In this document: positions 1 through 15,400 of the stretch, piece by piece
How the letters are laid out: each line of letters opens with the position of its first letter
Numbering within the stretch: position 1 is the first letter of the stretch
Assembly (NCBI GenBank): GCA_950097015.1
Contig: CATNEN010000033.1
Coordinates: 5,249,107 to 5,313,106 of the forward strand
Direction of reading: 5' to 3'
DNA: 64,000 nucleotides
Source: Macrostomum hystrix
Lineage: Eukaryota > Animalia > Platyhelminthes
The notes under the pieces: generated by a model
What the model saw: the letters and a program-made list of their open reading frames with translations, nothing else
What the model was told of the DNA's origin: nothing
Database searches by the model: none
Made by a program: the position numbers and the translations under genes

Positions 1-345
1 AAAGAAGTGTCAGGTAGTTGATAAAGATGTCAGGTAGCTAAAAGAAGTGTCAGGTAGTTGATAAAGATGTCAGGCAGCTAAAAGAAGTGTCAGGTAGTTG
101 ATAAAGATGTCAGGCAGCTAAAAGAAGTGTCAGGTAGTTGATAAAGATGTCAGGCAGCTAAAAGAAGTGTCAGGTAGTTGATAAAGATGTCAGGCAGCTA
201 AAAGAAGTGTCAGGTAGTTGATAAAGATGTCAGGCAGCTAAAAGAAGTGTCAGGTAGCTTATAAAGATGTCAGGTAGCTTATCAAAGTGTCAGTTAACTG
301 ATAAAAGTGTCAGGTAGCTGAAATAAGTGTCAGGTAGCTGATTAA
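1..345. repeat. Minisatellite, 40-bp unit made of two related 20-mers (aaagaagtgtcaggtagttg/ataaagatgtcaggcagcta), runs off window start
   Basis: Direct periodicity; about 6 clean 40-mers, then decaying copies. Confidence 0.95.
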
Positions 346-1008
346 TGTGTCAGCATATGAGATGTCAGAAAATTTTCCGAAAATGAATAAAAACTATGAA
401 ATCGAGTTCGCATTTCAATCTATACTTTTAGTTTTGTGCCGCAGTCGCTACCTATTGGTTTATTGAGATTTTTGTTAAACATTGCAATAAATTTACTGCA
501 ACAATAACTCTATTAAAAAGCGGAAATATATTTAAATAAGCTCCAAAAACTTGAGTGGTACACAGAACATTGGCTATAGGAGCGATAAAAACACCTGAAA
601 AATTCATCTAAGGCCAAGACCAATTAGCTAATGCCATGCGGCTAGCATCACAGAGAAGAAATCACAAAAATAAATATTCGCATTCTCAGTACACTACTGT
701 TTGAGTAGGCTACTAAAGATAGAATAAAAGCGACTACAAGGAGACACGATGAGAAATAATCGATATCAAGGCATCCATCAGAGGCTTTCTACAGCAGCAA
801 ATAAATAAATAAAATAAATCAGAAGAATATATCAGGCACTAAAATAAACAAGAAGGCATGGGTTAAACACTGCACAAATTCAGAATACAGAATAATACAG
901 CAATATGAAATCAAGGCAAGGAAAATATATTTACACATTTACAAATATTTAGAGGCCAATTGCAGTTTCAATGGTTGGAAATAAACAAGACAGGCTTGAT
1001 TTGTTAGG

Positions 1009-2340
1009 CAGTGCTCTGACCTGTTAGACAGTGCTCTGACCTGTTAGACAGTGCTCTGACCTGTTAGACAGTGCTCTGACCTGTTAGATAGTGTGCTCTG
1101 ACCTGATAGACAGTGCTCTGACCTGTTAGACAGTGCTCTGACCTGTTAGACAGTGCTCTGACCTGTTAGATAGTGTGCTCTGACCTGATAGACAGTGCTC
1201 TGACCTGTTAGACAGTGCTCTGACCTGTTAGACAGTGCTCTGACCTGTTAGATAGTGTGCTCTGACCTGATAGACAGTGCTCTGACCTGTTAGGCAGTGC
1301 TCTGACCTGTTAGACAGTGCTCTGACCTGTTAGACAGTGCTCTGACCTGTTAGATAGTGTGCTCTGACCTGTTAGATAGTGTGCTCTGACCTGATAGACA
1401 GTGCTCTGACCTGTTAGACAGTGCTCTGACCTGTTAGTCAGTGCTCTGACCTGTTAGATAGTGTGCTCTGACCTGTTAGTCAGTGCTCTGACCTGTTAGA
1501 CAGTGCTCTGACCTGTTAGTCAGTGCTCTGACCTGTTAGACAGTGCTCTGACCTGTTAGTCAGTGCTCTGACCTGTTAGACAGTGCTCTGACCTGTTAGT
1601 CAGTGCTCTGACCTGTTAGTCAGTGCTCTGACCTGTTAGACAGTGCTCTGACCTGATAGACAGTGCTCTGACCTGTTAGACAGTGCTCTGACCTGTTAGT
1701 CAGTGCTCTGACCTGTTAGACAGTGCTCTGACCTGTTAGACAGTGCTCTGACCTGTTAGACAGTGCTCTGACCTGTTAGACAGTGCTCTGACCTGTTAGA
1801 CAGTGCTCTGACCTGTTAGTCAGTGCTCTGACCTGTTAGTCAGTGCTCTGACCTGTTAGACAGTGCTTACCTGTTAGTCAGTGCTCTGACCTGTTAGACA
1901 GTGCTCTGACCTGTTAGACAGTGCTCTGACCTGTTAGTCAGTGCTCTGACCTGTTAGTCAGTGCTCTGACCTGTTAGACAGTGCTCTGACCTGTTAGTCA
2001 GTGCTCTGACCTGTTAGTCAGTGCTCTGACTTGTTAGACAGTGCTCTGACCTGTTAGTCAGTGCTCTGACCTGTTAGACAGTGCTCTGACCTGTTAGACA
2101 GTGCTCTGACCTGTTAGACAGTGCTCTGACCTGTTAGACAGTGTGCTCTGACCTGATAGACAGTGCTCTGACCTGTTAGACAGTGCTCTGACTTGTTAGA
2201 CAGTGCTCTGACTTGTTAGACAGTGCTCTGACCTGTTAGTCAGTGCTCTGACCTGTTAGATAGTGTGCTCTGACCTGATAGACAGTGCTCTGACCTGTTA
2301 GTCAGTGCTCTGACCTGTTAGACAGTTCTCTGACCTGTTA
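1009..2340. repeat. Minisatellite, 20-bp unit gacagtgctctgacctgtta (occasional 22-bp variant), roughly 65 copies
   Basis: Direct periodicity; no unique spacers. Confidence 0.97.
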
Positions 2341-2749
2341 GATAGGTTAGACAGGTCAGAGCACTGACCTGTTAAAAGGGGTCTCAAAAAGGATTTTTTC
2401 CCAAAATATTCCCGCGAAGCTCATTTAGCACACCTAAACAAATAATATGTCTGACAGAAACAATCAAAACAGATAATCAAGCACAGCAATGCGGCTTTGT
2501 CTAAAAGGAAATAGCTATTGAAGATGAAATTGAAATCGTGAAATGAGGTAAAATGCCTCGTATGATAAGATTAATGTAAAAAAGCAAACGAAAAGAAACA
2601 GAAAAACCAAGTGTGCCCTTGGTGAGTGTTTTTAAAAGCAGCTGCTCTCCATGACTGAACGGTGGGAATTCCTAAATGGGAAACTTCAAGCTCATGCACC
2701 TTGGACCTCGGATTGAGCTTGCGATGGGCGCGAGATGAGGCTGAGATGG

Positions 2750-3268
2750 TGTGGGATGGGACTATAATATGTGTGGGATGGGACTATAATATGTGTGGGA
2801 TGGGATTATAATATGTGTGGGATGGGACTATAATATGTGTGGGATGGGATTATAATATGTGTGGGGGGCGGGACGATAATAGGTGTGGGATGGGATTATG
2901 ATGGGTGTGGGATGGGATTATGATGGGTGTGGGATGGGATTATGATGGGTGTGGGATGGGATTATGATGGGTGTGGGATGGGATTATGATGGGTGTGGGA
3001 TGGGATTATGATGGTTTTGGGATGGGATTATGATGGGTGTGGGATGGGATTATGATGGGTGTGGGATGGGATTATGATGGTTTTGGGATGGGACTATGAT
3101 GGGTGTGGGATGGGACTATGACGGGTGTGGGATGGGACTATGATGGGTGTGGGATGGGACTATGACGGGTGTGGGATGGGACTATGATGGGTGTGGGATG
3201 GGATTATGATGGGTGTGGGATGGGACTATGACAGGTGTGGGATGGGACTATGACGGGTGTGGGATGGG
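2750..3268. repeat. Minisatellite, 22-bp G-rich unit gggtgtgggatgggattatgat
   Basis: Direct periodicity. Confidence 0.95.
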
Positions 3269-3620
3269 GGACGTTTTACGCTAGCAAAGGTCATAGAAAT
3301 TTACAATCGCACATAAATATGAATCCAAATGAGACATTGTAATTTACAATAAAATTGACAGAAGTTGCACAGCTATCAGCAAAAGTTATACAGCCAAGGA
3401 AATTATCTGTACAGTTTTGGTGATAGATGGTTTCAAAGCAAAATTTTGCATTGCAAGTCGACAGGCAGGTTGGCATTTGCTGCGTCCAAGAAAAATAAAA
3501 TTAATAACTTGGTCACATCTCACTAGTGCTGTTCTGATTGCGATATTTTGCAGTTCTGTGAGTTGCTTGCGCCATTCGCTTGGTCTGTGAGCACGTTGCC
3601 GGCATCCTGTTCTCAGATGC

Positions 3621-6365
<2,745 letters not shown>

Positions 6366-8452
6366 TCTTAATAAATATATTTTTAATGAGGCTTCTGTGA
6401 ATTCTGACAATCCTACGTGCACCTTTTAATTAGCGTTTTTGCATATTTAACTGATATTACTATAAATAAAAATGCGCAGTTCAAGCCGTAGAAATACGAA
6501 AATCGAACTAAATACGCTTCTAGAAATTAGGGCTTTGGCTACAATGAAAATAAAAAGGACGTATAAAATGCAAGTTAAAGCAAGGGATCAAACTTAAAGT
6601 AATACAAGTTAATTCGTTTTTACAGTCGGATAAAAATGAATACCGTTTAAATGTATTTTTTAAGGAACTTCATAGCCCTCCAGTTTTGCCTCTGAAAAAA
6701 TAATTTTTTTTTTTGTTTAAATTGGGATCATCGTTGGAATTCCGCGTGTTCCGTGTGAAGGGGTGGACAGAAACTTCTTACGCTATTCATTATCACAATT
6801 AACACGGGTCTTTACCTTCTAATAAGGTCATTGAAGAGCCAGCTTTTATTTCAAAATAGTATAACTTTACAATGTGTTCCTCAATTTAGTTGCTTTTTTG
6901 TATTTGCTGCTGTATCCTTATTGTCAGCAATTGTTGCAGACCTCTTTCGTTATACTATTATATTTTACTTAATAATATTAATACTGCATTAATATTCTCT
7001 TATTTATTTATCTAATAACTCCAGTCACTTGTCCGTGACTCAGTTAGGCATCATACACACCCTTCTAGCTGGTCGAACAAACTATTCTGATAGTTTGGGT
7101 AGCGTGGCGTTTCTACACGATAGATTCTGGCCTCTTGCAAGTGGTTTTCTAGATTCTGGATCTAGCTTTATTTCTAGAGATATCAACCTCTGAGTGCTTC
7201 TGAATACTTCAGATATGTCAGGCTCTCTGTCCTTCTCGGGCTTTCCCCGGATCGGTGTTAACAGCTTTCACTCACTCAGAAATATGTATAATTAGGCTTT
7301 GGAATATGCTCACGAAGAGACTTAAACTGTTTAAGCTTCCAATTTACTGGTTGGCCCAACGGTTAGCTTCCTATATAAAACCCCCTCTATATTTATACTA
7401 AAATCCTATTGAATACTCCCAGTATATTTTAGTGGCGTAAAACAAATATTATCTATAGATATTTGTAGCACATAAAATAATATATAAAAATATTTCGCGC
7501 GCTAGTTTGATTTGACCAATTAGGCCCTTTTACACAATGTTGACAGTGTCAGCGATTAATTAGTCGAGATGAAATGGGATCGAGTAAAATAATCCATGCT
7601 CGAATAGGTACGCGGCCGAACTGTCTATTATACAAAGTCGAGTGTAACATATTTTAAAACAAAAATGTTTTTTTTTAATACACTACACTTATAGCTATTA
7701 TATTTAATTTGTGCTCGGAGTGCATTAAGAGCTATTAAATTAGCTTAAACACTCGGACAAATTTTGTTCACTTAATAACAATTGTGAAGGATTTAATAGA
7801 TTTAATAGAGGCAAAACTATTTCTCTTGCATTATCTTAAGAGTTATAAAGACCACACATCATGATGCATCAGTCCATCAACATTGCATATAATGAATTAA
7901 TTTTATAGTTACACATCTGAGCGTATGTTGCTGTATGATCAATGGCGCGTTCGTCCATGCAACGTATGAATACAAAATGTATTCTTGCTAAATGATTAAT
8001 TGTTGGCACTGTAAAGTAATCGCTGCTAACTGTGCGTAAACAGAACTGGCCAAATATAGGTCTCGACGATATGTTGATCAAATTGAATATACATCTGCTA
8101 CTACGAGTATAATAATATAAGGAAGCCATTGATAAAATTAACAGAATGCTGAATTATAGATTTGTCAAGCCATGTGTTAAAGTTGTTCCTTAATTTACAT
8201 GTTTCCCGTGTGCTGCTGGTTTAGGGCAGCCAACAATAAAACCTTGTTGCCGGCATAACAAATTTAGTCACTTCCAATACACTCATTAAGCGTGCAAGAG
8301 TCAATGCTAAATTAGTCTAAACGGTCGCTTCTGTGGCAGCCGACCAGCAGGCTACAGACGCATAAATACAAGTGAACTGTCACAGGAATCACCAGCAAAG
8401 GTGTTTAAGAACTAAATTTGTCCGTTAGTAGAGAAAACTAGCTTAGTTTGCT

Positions 8453-9263
8453 ATGACGATGCGGCCTTACATACTGCTGGTCCAGCTGCTGCGGCCGCTG
8501 CTGCTGTTGCTGCAGGCTTGGCCGAGCAGTTGTTATCGAGTCGATGAATATCACGCATGCGGCTGGGGTGTCAACAGCAAAAACCTGACCTTCGCCGCTT
8601 ATTCAGGTGTGGCATATACCCAGCCTGAAGCTTGCGAGACCAGCAGCATGGGCGAGACCAAGCAGGACTACCCAGACATCCCAACTGACAACAGGAGACG
8701 CCTGTGCCCGGACCTGTTCTGGCCAATCGAGAATCCTGCGCCAACGCTGCCACGGCTGCGCTACGAGTCCGGCTGCCAGTGCAACACGAGCCAGAACCCG
8801 GAGCTAAACCTGCACATGCAGTGCCGGACCTTCCAGCTGCCCGTGGCTTCTCTGGAGCCCGTTGGAAACAGCTCGACTCTCCGGCTGGTAACTCGACTGA
8901 TGGGCGTCGGCTGCGCCGCCCTGCTCAGCCTACCGCGGTCTCGCCGGAGCCCGGAGCCGCTAACTGGCAGCGACCTGCGCCGCCTCAATGCCATGCTGGG
9001 CTGCGGTCGCTCCGTCTACCAGCCCGTCAGCTGCAGCGCCATCGCCAACCAGTCGCAGCCGGCGTTCGTGATCAACGCTGATGACGACCGGGTGCCGCGG
9101 CTGCTGCCGGACGTTCGCTGCCCGTGCGACGGCCAGGAGCTGGTGAAGTTGCCGCTCTGGGTTCTCAAGCAAAAGAAAGACGGGCAGCATGGTGCAGGAA
9201 ATCGCTAGTGTTGGGGTGTCTTGTGCAGTTTGTGTAACGTGGAAGCTGCTTTGCTCACTCTGA
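8453..9263 (+). CDS. Secreted protein with two tandem IL-17-like cystine-knot domains; ORF stops at 9208 as assembled, or at 9263 after removing one G at 9182-9184
   Basis: Hydrophobic signal peptide. Domain 1 LCP...PRLRYESGCQC...QC...PVASL...MGVGC; RSRR linker; domain 2 FVINADDDRVPRLLPDVRCPC...LPLWVLK, with the shifted frame supplying EIASVGVSCAVC. This fits the IL-17 pattern D..R.P..I.E..C...P..VL..E.V.VGC. Assigned by eye only. Confidence 0.6.
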
Positions 9264-9609
9264 CACATTTCATTGCAGCTGGGTCAATGCAGCTTAATAA
9301 ATGTACATTCAAGAGCATCATGCTTACCTGTAAATTTCATACATGTTTTTCTTCATTCTTCTATATATATATTATAACCGATTACCTTTTATCTGAGATG
9401 TGTATCACGCATGTACTCGAAATCATTATAAATATTATATTCTTTTGTTCATGATCGCATTCAAAACTGCGAGGTTTTTTAGTCAAACTTTCAATAGAGA
9501 ATACCTTGATGGCGATGCTTTTAACTGGCTTGTTTCATTAAGAAATACCGATTAATACGGTGTTGCAGAGAGCGGTATAACGTGTGCGCCTCTCGCACCA
9601 AGGTCCCTG

Positions 9610-9869
9610 TGAGAGATACAATTCAGACTACTGACAACAGTAGAAAAGCAAAGACTTGGCTGCAAAACTCTCACATAACACTAAAAAAGTATTGCCATAA
9701 AATAGCAAGGTTAAATGAGACTTTTGTGCACACTAAGAGTGGTGTGCACACTAAGAGTGGTGGGAGAGGGACTGTGTGTGGCTATGGCTGACTGACGAAG
9801 GCAAACAAGCCAGAGACCTGTCTCGGTCTGCCAGTGCGAGGTTCGTTCCCCACTTTTAGTGTGTTACAG
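9610..9869. mobile_element. ~250-bp dispersed repeat with TG...CA ends, copy 1
   Basis: Aligns with 57056-57295; flanked by gtccctg on both sides; carries an internal 18-bp tandem duplication. Confidence 0.7.
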
Positions 9870-11589
9870 TCCCTGAGCTAGATATTACGCTTCGAGGCCA
9901 CATTCATTTGGGGCACAGCCTCGGAGAGAAGGTTTTGGGGGCTTGTCGTGCAAATTAGATCCTTGGATGGCACCTCAAGGCACAGTGATAGTGTTGAGAA
10001 AGTCAGGACAGGTGTATATACATCCTTATGATGGGATTATAAGTGTAAGTGTTTGACTACAGCTTAGCAGCTGAAGTAAAGTTATATGTCTACTTCAGTT
10101 GTTCTTGCCAATATATATGCATTATGTATGAATCAATGCAAAATGCTGGGGCATTCGACATATCCATGCCAGCTTAATTGTACGACGATTTGCAGCCTGC
10201 TCATAGAATAACGATCGAGAATCATCAATCTCAATCCTCCAAATTGTAATTGGACTCAGCAAATTATATTTTAGTCTCCACGTTGATCCTCAAATGCCAT
10301 AATCCTGTTAAAGACCAGGAATTAAGTTAAGAAGTCAATTTACAGGAAAATGCAAATGGGTGCAGCCCTGTTAGAAGAAAAACGGCTATAAAATATAATT
10401 GTACTAAGGGCGACGTAGCTAGGGAACTTTTTTATCTGTTGCGCTGCAGATTTACTTCTCCACGATCTACTAGAATCTAAAAAATAGTGGACTCGCCCGA
10501 AATAAGTCGGGAAGACCTAGACCAAGTCTAGTCATCCTGGCGGCAAACTAAAAGCTATGTAAAAATGCCCACCTATTTGAATATAAGAGCGTATAGTTCA
10601 CAAATTTGCATTTCCAAGAACTTTAGACACTAGACGGGTCACGGCGACAATGATAATTATAATTTATATATAACAAAAGGTTATAGAATGATTTTAGTTT
10701 TTTTTCAAGCAAAATTAAACTAACTAGGCCTAGATATATTTTCATATAAGCTTATAGTTAAGATTAATTGAAAGTTTATTGATCGTTTTATTCCAGTTAT
10801 GTACTTATGTCATTTATGGCATGTACTGAGATATTGAGATTTTTGATGGCTTTAATTTATATTTAAACAGCCACTAATTCTGAAAATTTGACATGTTTTA
10901 ATGTGATGCCATAAAGTCCAATCATAGTTAGCTAGGCATAGCTATGTTATGAACTGCTTGATAAAAATCTGATAGGCCTATTAGGAATATGCCTTGGTCT
11001 TTTTATATGCTCCTTTTTAGTGCATACTATAATGAAACTGTCACCAAGCCTATGATTAAATGATTAAAAACCTACAATTTCTCTTCTCTCTTTCACTTTG
11101 GTTTTGGCCATAGACATAGCCATGCACTTGTTCATTCAAAAACTCACTTGAGTAGGCCTAGCTAAGAAAGTCATTAGGCCTATCTTTCATAAAGTAATTA
11201 AAAAAACAAAACTTGAGGATTGCCATATGGTTTTATTTTTCAAGAAAAAAAGTATGTCAACTGAAAACTATTTTTTCAATTCTAGATTTAAAATTGTTTT
11301 AATTAAGTCTTTAACTACAAATCTTAGCTAAATAGAGCTTGAGCCTATATATATTTATACATAGTTTAATACAGTGTTATAAAGAGATAGAATTAAATGT
11401 TACTGACTATGAGAAAGCTAAAAACTAATAGAATTTTTTAATTACTACTAAAAATAGAAGAAAAGTTGCACAGAAAAAAAGATAAATTTAACACAGATAT
11501 AGCAATGAATCCATTTTTTTCTGACTGAGCATGCAGTGATATGCTTAAAGGTAGAGCTAACAAAGGTCTTACAATGCATATCAGTGTAC

Positions 11590-11782
11590 GGCATCATCTA
11601 ATCAGCTCAGCTATCAGCTCACTCTCTCTAGCTATCAGCTCAGCTATCAGCTCACTCTCTCTAGCTATCAGCTCAGCTATCAGCTCACTCTCTCTAGCTA
11701 TCAGCTCAGCTCTCAGCTCACTCTCTCTCTAGCTATCAGCTCGGCTATCAGCTCACTCTCTCTAGCTATCAGCTCTATCAGC
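11590..11782. repeat. Minisatellite, 33-bp unit atcagctcagctatcagctcactctctctagct, followed by a CT microsatellite
   Basis: Direct periodicity. Confidence 0.9.
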
Positions 11783-11865
11783 TGGGCAGTGTCCTCTCTC
11801 CTCTCTCCCTCTCTCTCTCTCTCAACGTGCATTCTGGGAGCTTGTCTAACTCTAAGAGAAATACA

Positions 11866-12249
11866 TGTAACAGGGCTTGTCTCTCTACTTTTCTCTCTAA
11901 TGGTAGCGTATCACTCGGCACGAGCGGTTTAACCTTTTAAGGCACTGGCTTACTATTCTCCAGTCTTTGCTGGGCGTTTTCTGTGGATCAGAGGGTCACA
12001 GCCTCAAATAACCAACTCAACACTTTTCTTCTTCAGTAATAGCTTATTTGCTTTTCGCCACACTGGCACGTTGATTTGTCTCAACTGAATTACACTCGTT
12101 TATATACACAAAAGAAAATGTTTGTTAAAGTAAACGAATTTGACAAAATATTTAAAATATGTTACATATAAAAAATATTTTGCGCATTCAAACAAAAAGC
12201 ATAGGCACGAATTTGACTTAAAAGAAATAATAAAAGCATCCCTACTACA
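11866..12249 (-). repeat. 3' LTR of Gypsy-1, preceded in element sense by the purine tract agggaaggcaagt
   Basis: Matches 17985-18368 with one substitution by manual alignment. Confidence 0.95.
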
Positions 12250-12408
12250 ACTTGCCTTCCCTAAAATAAAAATTGAATAAAGCATGAGTGATATTTTTAG
12301 TAATAATATTATTTAAGCCGCATGAGTCAATTTTACTTTATGTAGCATCAGGTCACCGTCCTCAGTCCCGTCGCCTCTGCTTCTTTGCCGATGCTGCTGC
12401 TGCTGCCG

Positions 12409-15400
12409 TCACTGGTAGTGGGAGTACCGCTTCCTTGGCACAAAGCCATACTTGTTAGGCTTACGCGGTGCCTCCCTGCGATTCGCGACAGGTGTCGGAC
12501 CTGCTGGCTCATTGATGACTGTAGGCTTTCTTGGCCGAAGGTTGTACTGCACCTCTCGCCACTGAAGTGGTGCTGCCGTTCCACTGGCTACATCCGGTCG
12601 GTCCTCAGCCTCCTCCTCACAGGCTGGTTCCTCCACAACATCATGGTCTGGTGGTTCAGCTTCAGGTTCTTCTTCGTTATCTTCTTCCGACTCTTCTAAC
12701 TCTTCCTCCGTTTCCGTTTCAGAATCTTCGATAAGTTCTGCCGAACTTCCGGAATCTGTGTCAGAGTCTTCATCAGTTTCTTCAATCTCACTTCCACTTA
12801 TGTCTGTCTCTTTGCAAGCTCTCCATTGAATTCTTTCCTCTTCTGAGTCAGAGCTTTCTTCTTGCTCGATTTCTTGAACTGCCTTTTTCAGAATCTTAGG
12901 TTGCACTTCCTTTCTTTTCTGGATCTTCTGGGCAGTCTCCTGCCTTCCCTTATCTGTTGGTTCTCTCTTCTCCATGTCAGAACTTTCGGGCATGCCCGTG
13001 GCTTTGACCGAGTTCGGTACAGGAGTCAGATTATTCCGGTGTACCAGCATCATGGCACCGATTAGTTTTCCATTCTCCTCTTTCTGGACTCTGAAAACTG
13101 TGTCCGAAAGCTTAGCCAACACTCTGTAAGAGGCTCTCTTCTTTCGGTGAAATTTATTGCTCTCGTCACCATGCAACTGTGAATTGTTTATCAATACGAG
13201 ACCGCCGATTGGCACGGCCTTGGTGATCACTGTCTCAGCAGCCTGCTCCCCGACGGTCTCGCACCTTTTCTAATTTCTTCTGAACCACCTTCTGCATCTC
13301 CTCAATTCTTTTAGCATGATCAGCTACATAGCTAGGATAGTCGTAGTACAATCTGGGCCTTTTGACAACACTGTCTATTGGCAACTCCGCCTCACGTCCG
13401 AACAATAGATAATGTGGAGTGAATCCTGTTGTCTGATTTACACTCGTTCGAACAGCCACTAAAGCTGCTGGGATCAACAGGTCCCAGTCGGAGTGGTCTT
13501 TCTCAACTAGACAGGTGATGATGGACTTTATCTGACGGTTAAATCTTTCTACAAGGCCGTTGCTTTGCGCATGATATGGCGTCGTGCAGGTATGCTTGAT
13601 ACCATACAATGTACAAAACGCCTGGAACTGACGGCTCACAAAAGTTTTCCCGTTGTCAGTGTGGATCCAACGGCACTGACCATACTCGCTAAAAATTCTT
13701 TCTTGTAGGAGTTTTATGACTGTGTCCGACTTTTGATTTCTGATTGGAAATGCAAACGGGAACTTAGTAGTGCTGTCGATGACTGTCAGCACGTACTTGT
13801 GTCCTCGTCGGCTTTCTTTAGAAATCGGCCCAATCAGATCAATGTGTAGGCGATGGAATGCCTCGCACACAGGAAATGTTTGCACCGGTGCCTTCACCTT
13901 ATTGCCTGCTTTACTCTCGAGGCATGGGATGCACTCGGCCACATAATTCTCTACAGTAGTAACTAGGCCAGGTTTCCAGAATCGCTCTCGTACCTTTTGT
14001 ACGGTTTTATCTCGTCCAAGATGTCCTGCTAAAGGACTGTCATGCAATTCTCGGAGGACCTCTTTTTCTATTCCACTCGGAAGTACTACTTTCCGGGTAC
14101 CGTCAGTCACGATGGTTAACATTCCATCCTCAATCTTCATCTGCTCGTATGATTTGATCATCTTTTTCAGCTCGTGGCTAGCCCCTGTGGGTAATTCTGG
14201 CCTCAGTATTCCTTGTTCCTTCCACTCAATCAGGATTTTAACGTCCTGATCCTCTCTCTGTGCAATAACCAGCTGTTCCTTCGTCAGTGGTACTGACAGG
14301 AAATCTGTTAATAATTTTCGGCATGCCGTTGTCTCTTCCAATTCCTCATCTTCGAAATAGTCTCTTGCGTCCACGAAAATTTCATTCGCATCATCATCAT
14401 CTGTATCGATGCCACTGTCTGTCTGACAGCTCTGACTCATCATGGCTCGTCCAGTGATTTGACTTTGGTTAATCTTTGCTTCAGAAGCCTCTTTAATTTC
14501 CGATGGTCTTCTAGACAAGCTGTCTGCATTGCTATGCTTAGCTCCGCTTCTATGCTGGATCTCGTACTGAAACTCACTCAACCGTTCGATCCACCTTCCT
14601 AAAATACCCTGGGCTTCTGTTTGACGTAGTAGCCACAGGATCGCTTTGTGGTCGGTACGTGCCAAGAACTTCTTCCGATCAAATAGAATCGGAAGTGTTT
14701 CATACCATCCACCAAGGCGAGCAATTCCTTTCGTGTTATCGGATATCGTTTTTCAGATTCCGTCATTGCCCTGCTGAAATAGGCGATTGGTCTTTCTACT
14801 CCATCTGCCTGGATTTGTCCAAGACAGGCTCCTATCCTTCCTTCGGATGCATCAGTGTCTAACACCATTTTGACATTTTCATATTCTGAAAATTCGGGAT
14901 AAGCCAACACATCGGTGGACATCATTTTCTGTTTTAGAAGTGCAAACGCCTCGTCATGTTTCGAGTTCCATTTCTCCTTAAAGTTCGTTATACCCTTTTT
15001 GGTTAACTGAAACAGCGGATGCGCTGCTTCGGCATAGTCCTTAACGAATCTACAATAGTAGTTGCATAGGCCCAAGAAACTTCTTAATTCCTTGACGTCT
15101 TGCGGAGTAGGCCATGATCGGATGGCTTCGATTTTGGCCGGATCTGTTCGAATTCCATTTCGGCCTACTATGTGGCCTAGATATTTCAGTTCTTCTTGAA
15201 ACAGATTACATTTTCTTGGTCTCAATTTCAGTCCAGCTTCGGATAATCTCCGGAACACTTCTCGTAGGTGACACAGATGTTCATCGAATTCCTTCGAGTA
15301 AGTAACGATATCGTCGATGTACGACATCGCGAACTTGTGTTGAATGCCGATCAACACAAGGTTCATCAACCTCTGGAAGGTTCCAGGTGCATTTGACAAG

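Noticed and set aside
1009-2340. CRISPR-like regular repeats
   Set aside because: Head-to-tail units with no unique spacers, eukaryotic context, no cas genes.
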